A stretch of 63,056 bases of DNA, counting the filler, from Sluysia triapertura (Eukaryota): NCBI GenBank assembly GCA_046118255.1. It is 4 parts of 4 records of this genome, joined end to end, with 100 filler letters (N's around TTAATTAATTAA, not from the genome) between each part and the next. Parts side by side here need not be neighbours in the genome. Positions count along the whole stretch, not along the records: positions 1 to 20,538 come from JBJNIA010015531.1; positions 20,639 to 36,633 come from JBJNIA010213365.1; 2 more parts are not named here. One strand, 5' to 3'. Of the stretch, positions 14,177 through 27,319 are shown piece after piece. The translations under genes and the position numbers were made by a program. Each line of letters begins with the position of its first letter. Position 1 is the first letter of the stretch. The notes beneath the pieces were generated by a model that saw only the letters and a list, made by a program, of their open reading frames with translations, was not told the origin of the DNA and ran no database searches.

Positions 14177-16189
14177 TATTTAAAAATTTGCATTGAGCTG
14201 CACTATTTACAGTGCTTCACTAATCACTCATGCGTGCACTTTTATTTCTGTTTTAAATCTTAAATTAAACACTATTAAGACCTGGAGACCTTTAAATAGG
14301 ATGTTACTATTATTATTAATTAGAGAAATAAATATTTTGTTTCAATATTCGAATTTCCAAATTTGTATTCGCTGCATCATTGTTCGAATACAGTGAAATC
14401 TGAAATCCACTAACAACAGAAATAATTAATTCATCTTTTATTTATTTAATAAAAATTATAAAATATAACGAATCAAATCAATTCGACTTATATAATTAAT
14501 TTTAAAATCGAATTTATATCGAATGATTTTAAGCAGTAAAAGTTATTATATGATTTATATCGCAAATTTCATAAATTATTTATCAAAAAAAATTAATTTA
14601 GACGAAATTAACCACATTATCAAGTGTTATCTGTATGCTAATTAGAACAATGCGATTGAGAGTATAACTTATTAGATTGTTTGTAATTTTTAATATCAAG
14701 TTTTGTTGTCATTATTCTTATTATTAAATATTGCTATTATTATTTAACATTTTTCATGGATAATATTAAACTAATAATCAAAAGTGTATAAAACCATGTC
14801 ACGGAAAATATAAGGTGTTGGAAAATAACTACTTTCCAACTACTTAATAAATAACTATTATTATTTATTATTATTATTATACAAAGTATTATCACATTTT
14901 TGTTATGATGTAAAAGGTAAATTCAAATGAGCTACATTTCAAATATAAATAGATGAATAAATAGTAGATGGAATTAGAAGTTAAAATTTAATTTTAAGAA
15001 TTATTCTGAAGCCATTAAGCATCATTCGTTCGGCGAAATTATTTTTATTGTTTGAGAATTTTGAAGAAATAACTTTACAATTTATAGACGTATCATTGTT
15101 ACAAAGTTTTTGGCAGTTTGTAAAATAAAGAAACAAAGACTGCGTTAGTTTATAAAGTTATTTATTATAAAGAAATTTTATAAAATCAAGTTAAAATATG
15201 GCAATTTTTAGTTGCCTACATAAATTATAAATAAAGTATTATTATTAAAAATATTAACAATTATTAAACTGATTATGAGGTATTATAATTGCTTTTAATA
15301 GAGTATTCGATTTAATATTTATTGAATTAATTGTAGAGTTTACTAAAGTTATAAACTTTTTGATAATTGGACTTCTGTTTATCTTTTAACTAAATTGTTA
15401 TATTAAACAAATTTATTGTGTATTGTGTATAAATATAAATATAGATAGATTAAAAATTATTAATCTTCACATATCTTAAGAAAGTAACATACGCTGTATT
15501 CCTATAATATTCAACATTCCAAAGCAATTAAATTTGTGGCGTAGAACCAGAATTGAATAGAAACCAGAGGAAGTGACGGAGGAAGACTTATTCTATTTAT
15601 TCGCGAACCAGAATCGAAAAAAAGAAACGAAATTTGCTTACGAATTTCGATCTTTTTGGTTAACAGCTTATTTCAAGAAAAACATGTTAAATCAAATTCT
15701 CACATCATTATCAAGATTGTGTGCATGCATTGACAGTTTCTTAATAATTTATTTTAATAATTTATTTATTTATTGTTTTAAATACTCAACGACTCATCAT
15801 GGTAAGAACTGAACTTATTAAAATCTCAAAAACAAATAAACATATATCTTATTAAACCGTTATAACTAAGACTAATAAATAAAGTTAATTAATACAATGT
15901 AAGATAAACAAATGAGACAATACTATGCGGCAAGTTTTCCATATTGTGTGATTAGAAAAGATTATACATTATCGAACAACCTAATCGACATTTAGTAACA
16001 ATGTGGCCAATAACGAGAATTATCATGTTTTCTATTCTAGAGCTTGTGGCCAATAACTAGAATTGTCGTTTTCTCATTATAGTCATTTAGGATGAAGTAG
16101 TTGAGCTAAGATTATAAGTTTCTTATGGAATTTAAAAAATTACCTGGCAATAAAATGTCTTGTTCGAAATGTTACCATTTATTGGTGTT

Positions 16190-16560
16190 ATTAACGATTT
16201 ACATTGGTTACCAATAAAAGCAAGAATAGAATTCAAAATCATGATAATAATGACAAATGCTTACATTACGGAAGTCCTGAATATCTTTTAGAAATAATAA
16301 ACAATTTGGAAACCAAGATGAATACAGAATTCACAGTGATAAAAAGAGCTAGGTGATAGGTTGTATACCGTTTGTTTCAAAAATATACAACCAGTACTAC
16401 CAGAGAATATCAAATTACTGGAAAATTATGAAATATTTAAGAAAAAAACAAAGTTGTTTCTGTTTCAGAAATCTTATAGTGAATGATTTATTTTAAGCAA
16501 TTTTGAATACTTACTTTGAGGTAGATATGAGCGCAATATAAATTAATATATTATTATTAT
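16190..16560 (+). mobile_element. L2-clade LINE 3' fragment
   Basis: It carries the LHWLPIKARIEFKI motif and a 3' end gagcgcaatataaatt plus a (TAT) tail. A close second copy lies at 20639-21110. Confidence 0.85.
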
Positions 16561-17475
16561 TTATACATTAAAATATTTTGGGTTCAAGTTGAGAATCCAT
16601 AATTTCATGAATGGAGGAACAAGTTTAATAACTACCAATAGTAAAACCTTTATAAAAGGTTAATTGTGTGTAACTAAAATGATAATTGAATCGATTATCA
16701 ATTTGAAAGTAAAAAAGATCCACATTTGTATGAAAAATTTGACATTACAAATTAAGCTTCTTGATATCTCTATAAATGATGTAGTAACCAATTAAAATGA
16801 CCAATTGTATTGATAAAATTTATCCAGATTTTATAAAGTAATTTGTATACTGACATTCTATATATTATTAAATATTACACATTTAAAAAATCATTAATTT
16901 ATTCAGTTAGGATCATTTACAGAACTATCTATTAAGGTGATCATGATCAGACGACTGAAATTGTATGGGATTTGCTTATACAGAAGACAATTTGAAACAG
17001 CTACGTGATATGATTCAATAAGTGATTCGACATATGTTGTCTTATGACTCTGGAAGGAGAAAAGAAACGAAGAAATAAATGAGATACTTTTCAACAGAGA
17101 TACTTTTCATTCAACTCTTAAATGTGAAATATCTAAAAAAATCGAAAATTTGAAAGGTGAAAGCATCGATATATCAATAAGAAGGTCCAGTGGAATCGAA
17201 CAATTCACGCGTTATCAACGAATTTTGATTAAAAAATAAGATGTATGATTAATGATTAGTACAAGAAGACATCATTCGAAATAATTTAAGAGAGAAATTG
17301 ATTTACATTTATATTCCCGTTTATATTAATCAATATTTATATCAGATAACAATTTGCATGAGAATAACAACGAAACCCAAGAATCGAATTTCTAAAAAGT
17401 AACAATAAGCAGGCTAGCAATATTCAAAATTATTAAATATAAATATTATTTTGCTTTTTAAGAAATAAATATATA

Positions 17476-18222
17476 CAAGGTGTCCCAAAAGTAACCGAAC
17501 CGCAAACTTAAATTAAAAATTAGATATCAAGAACGACAAATGCAATTTCTTCTTTTATTCATTTCCTTCTAGAATGACTTTTGTTGTGTGATCTTATTGA
17601 TCTTGTTCGTCATTGCTTGATTTTTGTTTGGTGTGCGCTTCTGGATCCTCATTCTTAAAAAAGTAGCGAAGGACTGAATGAGCATCTTAGCAGACACAAC
17701 TGTGTTTATTGAGACAGTGAGAATTTCCATCGTATTATTGAAACAGAAGTCAATGATCCTGAAGTCACAGTGTGGGCTGAAATCGGCAGCACTGGCGTAG
17801 TTGGCCTATTCTTCTTTGAAGGAACGTTACCTTGATATACTGAAGACTAAAGTGTTTCCTATTGTTAATGAGTTCCTCCATTTCGCGATCTTCATTTTCA
17901 ACAAAATGGAGCACCTGCGCACTACACCAAAGATAATTATTTCCTGGACGTTGGATTGGGCATCGAGGAGTTCTAAAGAACTCAGTTTATGCTAAAAAAA
18001 CTTAGGACAATTGACCAACTAAAACAAATTATTCAGCACAAATAGAACAAATTTCAGAGGAAACTTGCCAGAAAGTATGTCGCAGTGTTGTCAAAAGATG
18101 TATTGAAGTTAAAGGTGGACATTTTGAACATTTGTAAATACAAAATAAACCTCTTAAATTTGCCTTTTTTGATATTTAATTTTTATTTAAGTTTGCGGTT
18201 CGGTTACTTTTGGGCCACCTTG
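17476..18222 (+). mobile_element. Tc1/mariner-superfamily element, internally deleted, with ~65-bp TIRs and TA TSD
   Basis: The left end TA|CAAGGTGTCCCAAAAGTAACCGAACCGCAAACTTAAAT has an inverted copy ending CACCTTG|TA. Transposase remnants include VTVWAEIGSTGVVG, HFQQNGAPAHY, FPGRWIGHRG and CIEVKGGHFEHL*. Confidence 0.92.
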
Positions 18223-18295
18223 TATTTTAATATACTGCATTTTAATTGACAAAGTCACGGAAGCATCTTGGAATAATGCAATTCAATAAACTAAC

Positions 18296-18549
18296 ATTTA
18301 ATTCTTTGGCAAGTGCTTCAATCTCACCGCACTGCACTTCTCGTTGAGACTCCAAATCGATTTTATTGGCAACCATCAGTATGGGAAAGTTTTCAGTGTC
18401 TTTGATCATCACAACTTGGTTACGGAATTGACGGACTAAATTGAAACTCTCGCGGGAAGTAATCGAAAAAACAATGAGAACTCCGTCGCAGCGACGATAG
18501 TACGATTCGCGCATTGATACGAAGTCTTCCTGACCAGCTGTGTCTTGGA
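18296..18549 (-). CDS. Internal exon of a Ras-family GTPase (M-Ras/R-Ras-like, divergent)
   Basis: The acceptor is tttcag| and the donor |GTTAGT. It encodes (V)QDTAGQEDFVSMRESYYRRCDGVLIVFSIT...MVANKIDL...AKELN, with G3 DTAGQ and G4 NKxD. The exon edges fit the positions recalled for the M-Ras/R-Ras group. Confidence 0.9.
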
Positions 18550-20538
18550 CTGAAACGAAGAATTCGTCGAGTATTAAATATAATTTCATAAAATAATATA
18601 TTACGTTAAATTAAAATATTATAATTTCATTAATAATCTTATGTTAACCTTTTACCTACAAGTATATATTTAATAGGCAAGCGCTCATAAGCAAAAAAAG
18701 AAAAAAATAAAAAATATTTATGTTAGCAAGAATAAAATTTAAACACATTCTTCTTGTAATTTGAAACTGTCCCTATGTCTATTTTTGTCGTAAAATGAAA
18801 ATTTCGCTTACCAAATTTAAAATTTCAATTGGAGTTTTAAACTCGTAGTAGAAATTGAACAGTAAAACAACTTCCATAAAATGTAATATTTTCTCTAACT
18901 TTATTATTATCTTTGGTACTTATGTCTAGATGTGCATATTTCTATAACTCATACTTTTGCCTCTAAAATGAAATAGTCTACCTTCTCCATTTGAAATTTT
19001 CTCAATACACTTATTTTAGATATAAAATGGAATTCTTTATAATTAGACCAAATAATAATAAATCATGTGAATTTCTATATCATGTGCGTCTAAATTAAAT
19101 CAGATATGTTCATAACATAGATAAGCGACAGCCCTTCCCGGAGCAATTCATCAGATCGCAGTTACGTTTACTCTAAAATTCAGTATCAAATATCACATCT
19201 CAGTTAATGAGTTATAATTACTTTTATCTGTTACTAGACGCACCGATACAACCTACATTAGTAGAAAATATAAAATTACAAATTCAATTACATCTAGAAA
19301 CATCACACTAAAATGAATTATAAAGTGCAAATGATAAAGGTTAAGTTTTATAATTGCCTTTATCTGACAGCGCAAAATGAACAATTACTTAGTAATCGTG
19401 ATATCAAAAAATGTTGTCATTTCATCTGTTAAACTCGAATGATATCAAATAAATCTTATTTCATCAAGTCAAGACCAGTTAAAGACAATCTCTGTAAACA
19501 CGTCTCCATGACAAAGACGGAAGTACACAGAAACAATTGTAACACAAAAATGATCAAAGATATTTTCTAACATTCAATTATACATATATAAATCACATAA
19601 TCAATTAAATTAATAATCAATAATATTAAAATCGTGATTTGTTATTTGCGATGATAAAACTGATACAAATAAACAATTGAATTTTAACATGAAACAAAAA
19701 CTGCTTATTGATGTAAGTAGATATAATTATAATAAAAATAAGAGTTTCAGTAATTGTAAAATAAATTTATAACGAAAAATCCAAAAGTATATATTAGTAA
19801 TCTCAAAATCAAAATCAATGAATGCAAGAAATTAGATGTCAATTTGCCACCTTTAATTGGCAAATCAAATGGCAAATTAAAATGAAAATAGAGAATAAAT
19901 GAGAACAATAACAATGAACTAAAAATAAAAGTTTAACAGAATATACTGGAATCATAAGCAAGTAAAATTGTACTCACAACATTTACTCAACAAATCGATT
20001 ATGGATTGAAAAAACGAAAACGAATGCACATGGCCACATCAATATTATGGAAGAAAATTAATTAATCTGAACGTATGGTCACAATAAAACATATATTAAT
20101 CATATTTGTCCTAAAATAAAATTTAACTGTAATTAATTAGAGAAAGAATAGTAGACCATAAAACAAGTTTAATCTGTATTCGTTTCTGTATTATTATCTA
20201 TGATTTAATGTTATTTAATTCCCTTCAATACATATGAAGATTCTGAATTATCCATTTATCGAGTATTTAAAGATAAAGTTTAAAAAGACTTTCTACCGAA
20301 ACATCAAAATTAATTCTTCCGTTGTACTGAGCGAGTTTCGAATCGTTTTGAAGTAATCATTTAGCTGGATTAATGGTGCACATGATATTTGTTAGCATTA
20401 ATGGAGGATCAGCAGATTCTGAATCGATGATAGAGGATGTGTAATATTTTCATGATAAAGATAAATAATCTTTAATCCTTATTTTTAGACGATATCCAGT
20501 CAAAGTAGCCGATAGAAGTTTTACTAGCATAAAGAAGA

Positions 20539-20638
20539 NNNNNNNNNNNNNNNNNNNNNNNNNNNNNNNNNNNNNNNNNNNNTTAATTAATTAANNNNNN
20601 NNNNNNNNNNNNNNNNNNNNNNNNNNNNNNNNNNNNNN
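20539..20638. other. Artificial scaffold spacer (44 N + TTAATTAATTAA + 44 N)
   Basis: A 12-mer with stops in all six frames is centred in a 100-bp gap. The identical design recurs at 36634 and 47902. Confidence 0.97.
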
Positions 20639-21110
20639 AACATAGATTTTAACAATGGTTTGTTGTACTCAATTTCATATAGAAAAGTGAAAAAATTACA
20701 ATTAATAATTAATCACACAGCAAGACTAATTCTTAATGAATTGCATTGTTTGCCAATAAAAGCAAGAATAGAATTCAAAATCATGACAATAATTCACAAA
20801 TGCTTATATTACGGAAGTCATGAATAACTCTTAGAAATAATAAAAATTTGGAAACCAAGATGAATATTTCAATGAGACATAATAATAATCAATACAGAAT
20901 CCACAGTGATAATAAGAGTTAGATGATAGATTGTATACCGTTTATGTTTCAAAAATATACAACCAGTTACCAGAAGATTATGAAATATTTAAAAAAAGAC
21001 AAAATTCCTTCTGTTTCAGAAATATTATGGTGAATGATTTACTTTAAGCGCTTCTGAGTACTTACTTCGTAGTTTGTATGAGCGCAATATAAATTAACAT
21101 ATTACTATTA
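20639..21110 (+). mobile_element. L2-clade LINE 3' fragment
   Basis: It reads NGLLYSISYRKVKKLQLIINHTARLI..LNELHCLPIKARIEFKIMTIIHKCLYYGS and shares its 3' tail with the 16190 copy. Confidence 0.85.
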
Positions 21111-22487
21111 AAAAGTAGTTCAATAAAAATGGTGGTAATACATTTTCAAATAGATATTATCGTTGTGTGATTGTTTAGAATTACATTTTCTTAATTTCTT
21201 TGTCCCACTGTGCTGATCTTAATCGAATATAAGCAAAAATATTAACCATAACTAATTCACTTTTTATTATAAGTAGTACAAATTTGAATAAAAATTCATT
21301 AACTATTATTAATAACATATACACAAACATTTATATATATACAGAGATTATTTTTTTCTCCTATTTTTTTGTTTGGTTAGATCTATCTCTATCTATTTTA
21401 TATAGTACAGTCGTTTAGAAAAATATGATTAAAAACAGTGCCTCTGGTATCAACATATTGCTACTTTTTTAAAAAAAAATAAAATTACTTTGATCATCAT
21501 TTTTGGTATAATCCAATATCGTGTACAATATGGTGTATTTATTTTATTAGTTTTTATATGAATTTGTGTGTGTATGTGCATATAAACAATTTTCACTACG
21601 CTAATCTGGTAATGTATTTCTAAAACGTTTTTCGCTAAATTTAATAATTATACTTATAATTATTATTCTCATAATAATAAACTTCATAAAACGGACTGAT
21701 CGAGAATCAAATTCGGGACCTCTATCAATTATTATACTAAATGGCACTTTAGGTCTGTATCCCAACCAAATGTAAGGTTTTGAGTGCTCCGGGGAAAACA
21801 AAATAGCAAAGAAAAGGCGAAAAATCAAAATTACCCAATAAAAGATGTATTAATTTAAAAAATAATACAATAGTTATTTACTTACAAGCGATACAACATA
21901 TGGAATAATATAACGACGAAGGAGCTATTTCTGTTGCATAAAAGACTTTTTGTAATGCTATTGGTCAAAACTTCAATAACACAGTTAATTAAATTAATGT
22001 TTTTTTGAAAATCAGTTTGTAAACAGTTTACAATATTAATATAATTTTTATATGGTATTATCAAAGAATAAAAATTTTATTGCTTGGTATAAAAATCGAT
22101 GACTCATGAAATAAATGATCGATTTTAATTTATACAATCTAAAAAAATATTTTATTTTTATAGTTTTTTGCTCGGCTCACCTGCCCCTTTATTCGGCTTT
22201 GATCGCAATATATATCTCATCCAATTCAATTATGCTTGACCTCAAACATCTTGTGGGCTCACCAAATGTTAGACTTGAATGTTAACCAATGATTGCCCAT
22301 AATTAATTTTGCAATTATTCGCTAGCAGTTTCTCGAAGACACAGTACTAGTGTCAAGCACGGACTTAATCTACAAAAATACGTCATCATTTTCAAGTCTC
22401 TTCGCTTAAACTCTATCATCATATGCCACAAAATAATGTCTTTCAAATGATATTAGCTATCTGGAACAATTATTTTAATTATAAACA

Positions 22488-23349
22488 TATGGTGGCCAAC
22501 TTTATCACTTAAAATATTAACTCATTTCATCACAATAAAAAAATCACATTTTTGTAACATTTAAGCTATTATTTCTTCAAAAATCATTAAAATTGTAAAT
22601 CCAAATTTAAATGCAAAGGTAATTAACTAAATGGAATTACTTTTAACACCTTTAGCTATTGCAATACTTTTTATCATTTTCCTTATAATTTTATTTTCTT
22701 CCTTCCTTTTTTAATAACGAATTCTAAGTTCATTAATCACATATTGTGTATTCATTAGCCACATTTCTACTCGTCCAAATAGTCGCAATTACTTAAATTA
22801 TTCACATCATTCAAGCATTACTTAACCAATGATTTACTACGCTTTTCTTACTCAGATTTTAGAACAATGTAATCACACAGATTTAGATAGTAATTCAGAG
22901 TTTAATTATAAATCACTTAAATCTATATCTTTAAGACGAGTTAATTTTAAAATCTTCAAGCATTCATTCTATTCATTTTCATTGCATCACTACTCTTTAT
23001 ATTGTTATGAATATGATCTTTTTAATGCTACTCAAGAACAAAATTAGGTTTAAGAATAAAGAAAGAAATTAATATTAATTAAAATTATTTAAGGAAAAGT
23101 TGTATTTCAATCAGTTATGTCTTTTATATGTTTATTTTTATTTCATTTTATTATTATTATTATTATCATTAGTACACCTTTATTATTGTTAATTTTGATA
23201 TCATTAATTTTATAGTTGTTGCCAGATGATATAATCTGTCAATATTGACAAATTTTTAATCTGGTTTGATTTATAACTGCCAATTATTGACAGATCTCGA
23301 TAAATTAAAACCCATCATTGTTACTCTCTAATTTGCCAGAAAGTATACA
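22488..23349 (+). mobile_element. Cassette copy A (LTR-like or promoter cassette with hairpin)
   Basis: It starts TATGGTGGCCAAC, and the first ~200 bp align with 27320+ and with the reverse complement of 39900-40131. A (TAT)n tract lies at ~23140-23190 and a hairpin at 23234-23295. It ends ...GTATACA followed by TTGG. Confidence 0.65.
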
Positions 23350-23512
23350 TTGGTTTTAAAACAATTAATTTAATAATTTTTTAAATCATTAAATCGGCAA
23401 ATTTAATCTACTGACTCAGTTACTTCGATTTATCAAAGTTTATATTTACAGATTTTAAATTTAAAGTACAAAACAACCTTTTATATTCTAAGTGTTTTAC
23501 GTGAAATATAAA

Positions 23513-24312
23513 ATGCTAAACAGTCTTTACGACGATTATAATAATGATGATCATGATTATAAAGATTATTACGACGGTCATACGTACTCAAGTTCTAAAA
23601 CGTGTTGGGAATTGTCAGATGATATTAGATTGAGAAAGAAATTCTTCAATCAATTAAATACAAAGCGAAGTGCTGGTATTAAAGATAGTTATACAGACTT
23701 ACGTGACTCTATTCCAACGATGCATCGTCTTCAATTATGTTACTAAAAGCTGTTGAATATCTAGATGAGTTAAGTAAAAGAAGTAAAAGTATTAATTTAG
23801 AAAATAAATTCCGCTTAATGGAACAACAACTACAATATGTGGCATGTCAAGGCGGTTCGTTATCAACAACTAATAGTGATATTAGCAAAGCAGCAGTTTT
23901 ACCAGATGTTTCTAGTTCAAATAATATTCACGGCCATTCAGTTTCAACTGTAATGCAAACGCCTAATTTTTCTACTGAACCAATTAGTAACAAACAAGTT
24001 TATCGGCTACTAATACTCATTCCAGATCAGGTAGTGCGGCAAGTGATCATAAACACGCAAGTTATTTTTTGTACCTAAACAGTCATAATTATTCAATGAT
24101 AGATCAAGCCTTTTTAAATCAGCACTATGTATGTACGAAATTACAATAATAGGCCAATGCATAAAGTATGAAAAATCTTGTCCTTTTGACGCGGATTATA
24201 TGAATTAGTACCAATTCCTAAGGTCAATGCAGTCAATCCTTTTTGTTCACAAATTGATGAATCTGAACTTAACGTAACAATATACAAAGATTTTGTCAAA
24301 ACCTTTTCCAAA
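23513..24312 (+). pseudogene. Frameshifted gene: Max-like bHLH-ZIP fused to a C-x9-C-x6-C-x3-H zinc finger
   Basis: RKKFFNQLNTKRSAGIKDSYTDLRDSIPTM/..MLLKAVEYLDEL..LMEQQLQ resembles Max ([39 protein letters not shown]). Downstream it reads YLNSHNYSMIDQAF/KSALCMYEITIIGQCIKYEKSCPF/(A)RGLYEL. About 4 frameshifts are needed, and a GT-AG intron lies at 24313-24385. Confidence 0.72.
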
Positions 24313-26229
24313 GTAAATTTTAATTTTATTAAACATTTATTAGTTTTTAATTATGATGTTTACATTTTCACATTTTTATTTATAGGTTCAAATGTAGTTA
24401 TGGCAGTAGCTTATACAAGCAATTTTGGACAAAATTTTAATACATATTCCGGAGGGCTTTTTATTTTTTATTATTAATAAATTAATTAACTCATTAAATT
24501 CTTTAATTAAATTATTAAACAAATTTACAACAATGTTTAAAATTTTAATTATTTGAAAACAGACTAACAAAACTGCCTTAAGGTATTTAAACAAATAACA
24601 AAATACTAAAACAAAACCAATAAAATTTAAATCAAGTTTATTAAAACAATAAAACGTTTGTGTAAAAATATATGCAACCGTAGTTAATAGCAAAGGAATT
24701 GTTGAAGCATGAGAGCAACTGTTATTACTTATGGTATTATAATTTAGCGAAAAGTATAATAATCTTTTTAAATTACATTTACGACAACTTGATTCCCATA
24801 ATTCATTGAATGTTGTTGATAGTTTAAATAATTACAAATTTGTTCTGATTCATAATAACGTCTTAAAAATACTAAACATGCAGCTACTATTGTAACAAAT
24901 AATAATATGAACACATTATTGATTATACTGTACCATAATGGTGACGTTACTGTATAATATATTCATTTATTAATATATTTATTAATGTCGTACCAAATTC
25001 TAATTTATTTAGTTTATCGATTTTTTAATTAATCTTAATTTTTATAATTAATTTATTATATTTTCAGATTGCGATAGATATTTGAAGGATTTGCAATTAA
25101 TTTTATTTTATATATATTTGAATTCAGAACATATTTCAGACTCAACTTTATAGAATTATTATTCCAAAATATCGTTGCAAATTGGCCGAAAATAAGTGAA
25201 ATACTGTTAAGATTTTCATATGACTTACATTGCCGTAACATCACGACTTACTGTAGCTTTCTGATTGACTTTGTTCATTTTGAATTATTTCACATCTAAT
25301 TCTAGAAAGATTCATTCCATAACTTTCAAATTTTATTATTAAACAAATTCTTTAATATTAATTTTGGCTTTGTTTTACTAATATCGGTTTCTTAACATTT
25401 AAAAATGAAAATGTGACGTAAAACTAAAAATGACATTTCTCCAATTCAAATGTTTTTAAATGTCACATATGACGTATTAAATTATTAAAATTAGAATTAT
25501 TATTGATCTTGGTGTATAATTCCGATGAAAATTTTAGTAACAGATGAATATTTTTTGTTTTAATTTTAGTAATATATAAATATTTATTATTAATGTTTTT
25601 GTTGAATTATTATAAAATTTAGCAGATTTAGCAAACATACGTAATAATAGTTAATTATTAATATAATTAACAGGTATCTCAGTTATTCCAAGAGCAAGTG
25701 GCACTGTTTCAATTTGCTTTGAGGATACTTTCATAACCTATTTTTGCCTGTTCTTCTATTAAACATTTCAAATTACTTTTGCTATTGTGATGAAACTGAA
25801 TTAACGAGTACATTTCCAATTAATAAAGAACACAATAAAATGTTTCCGCATTTTCAAAATGGGTATATCTTTTAGCTTATTAGCAACATTAATTCCTTGC
25901 AATTCATAACAATAAATATTAGTTATAAAATATATAATATTGAACTGTCACTGACTTTTTGTTAATTAGATCGAATAATAAATCTTCCACTTGATTTCGA
26001 GAATCACAACTATCAATATTATTTCAACTTTATCATCGTATGATTCCCAACTGTTTCCACAAAATTTACATTTCTCTAAGTAAATTTTCAGCATCTCGTT
26101 ACTACTAAGTATAATGTGATTTTTGTTTCTTTGATTGATGGAGCTGTTTTTCTACTCGGTAAATCTGTATCATTATCAGATTGTCTATCATGACTATCAG
26201 AAACACACATACAAAAATATATAAAGAAG

Positions 26230-26433
26230 CAAAAGAATAAGAGTGATAACATGTAAGAATAATATAGTTATTATATATTTTAATATGATGATGTTAATGA
26301 ATTTATAATAACAATAACCATGATCGTGATAATTATTTACACTGAGTCAAGTAGTTTATTTAGTGTTCCGTGTATGTAAGAAATGTTCTTATGTGATGAA
26401 GTGTGTTTGTAATTTTTATATGATTTCCCTACC
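26230..26433 (-). repeat. Dispersed repeat beginning GTAGGGAAATCA (LTR-like 5' end); second copy ~59000-59208
   Basis: The blocks tgagtcaagtagttt, ttatgtgatgaag and atatgatttccctac are shared by both places. Confidence 0.75.
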
Positions 26434-27319
26434 TATGTGTATTTAAGAAAATTAATAAATGTATTAAGCATTATTTTAATAAATTTGTGACTTTGGAAAT
26501 AATTATAAAATTTTCATTTAATTATAATGCCCCATAAAACACATTAAAAAGATTTAATAATGCATTTCATTATAAAACATTTCGTCATAAAACATTGAAA
26601 TTTTTTGATATTTTGTTTACATACTGTCTTTAGTAGTTAAATAAATATTATTTTCTATCGGACAAGACTGTCGTTCTAATCATATATTAAACATTAAATC
26701 AAATTTCCAAACGTTCAAATAGTTTAACATCCAAAATTATACAACTTTCGAAGTATGAAATATGATAACGAAATTCCTACTTCATTTTTATTCATAATAC
26801 CTTTTATAATTTAGCAACTAATAAATTATCGAATAAAGCAATCTTTTAAAAATAAGCCATTGAAAGAGTGGACAGGCAGTTGGGACGAGCTATGATTCGG
26901 AATAAGTCAGTGACCTTCAAGAAAAAGTAAATATTAGGGAGGTCACAACTTGCAGACATTATTGACATAGTATCTTCTCTTTTCGATATGGATTAATTGG
27001 GAATAGTAACCATGGATACAGATTTTATTACTGTCCATCTCGATCTGTGGTCCAGTAAGCCTTATATTATGTTTTTAGGATTTATCTGTATTTTCAAAGT
27101 TGACGTGAGTATTAAGTTTAAGTTTGATTCAGGATTAACCAACTTTACGTCAAGGCTATTTACATGTAATTCATCGAGAATTCTCTAATTTCACATTAAA
27201 TTTTATTTTGTGATTATTTTTACATCCAATTGGGCATTATCTAAATTGATTTCATTGATATTTATTTTAAGCTGAACATCATCTAAATTATCTTTATGAA
27301 TATTTGCGTTAAAATGAGC

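Noticed and set aside
16903-17094. Minus-strand polypyrimidine acceptor followed by VIRQHM as the last Ras exon
   Set aside because: The frame stops after ~15 codons with no CAAX motif, and the intervening ETSAK exon was not found.
20583-20594. Recurrent TTAATTAATTAA palindrome inside N runs
   Set aside because: It is an assembly spacer with stops in six frames, not biological. Adjacency across these points is not evidence of linkage.
21690-21780. tRNA gene (also ~61370-61420)
   Set aside because: Only a degenerate B-box-like motif is present and no cloverleaf; at most these are decayed SINE heads.
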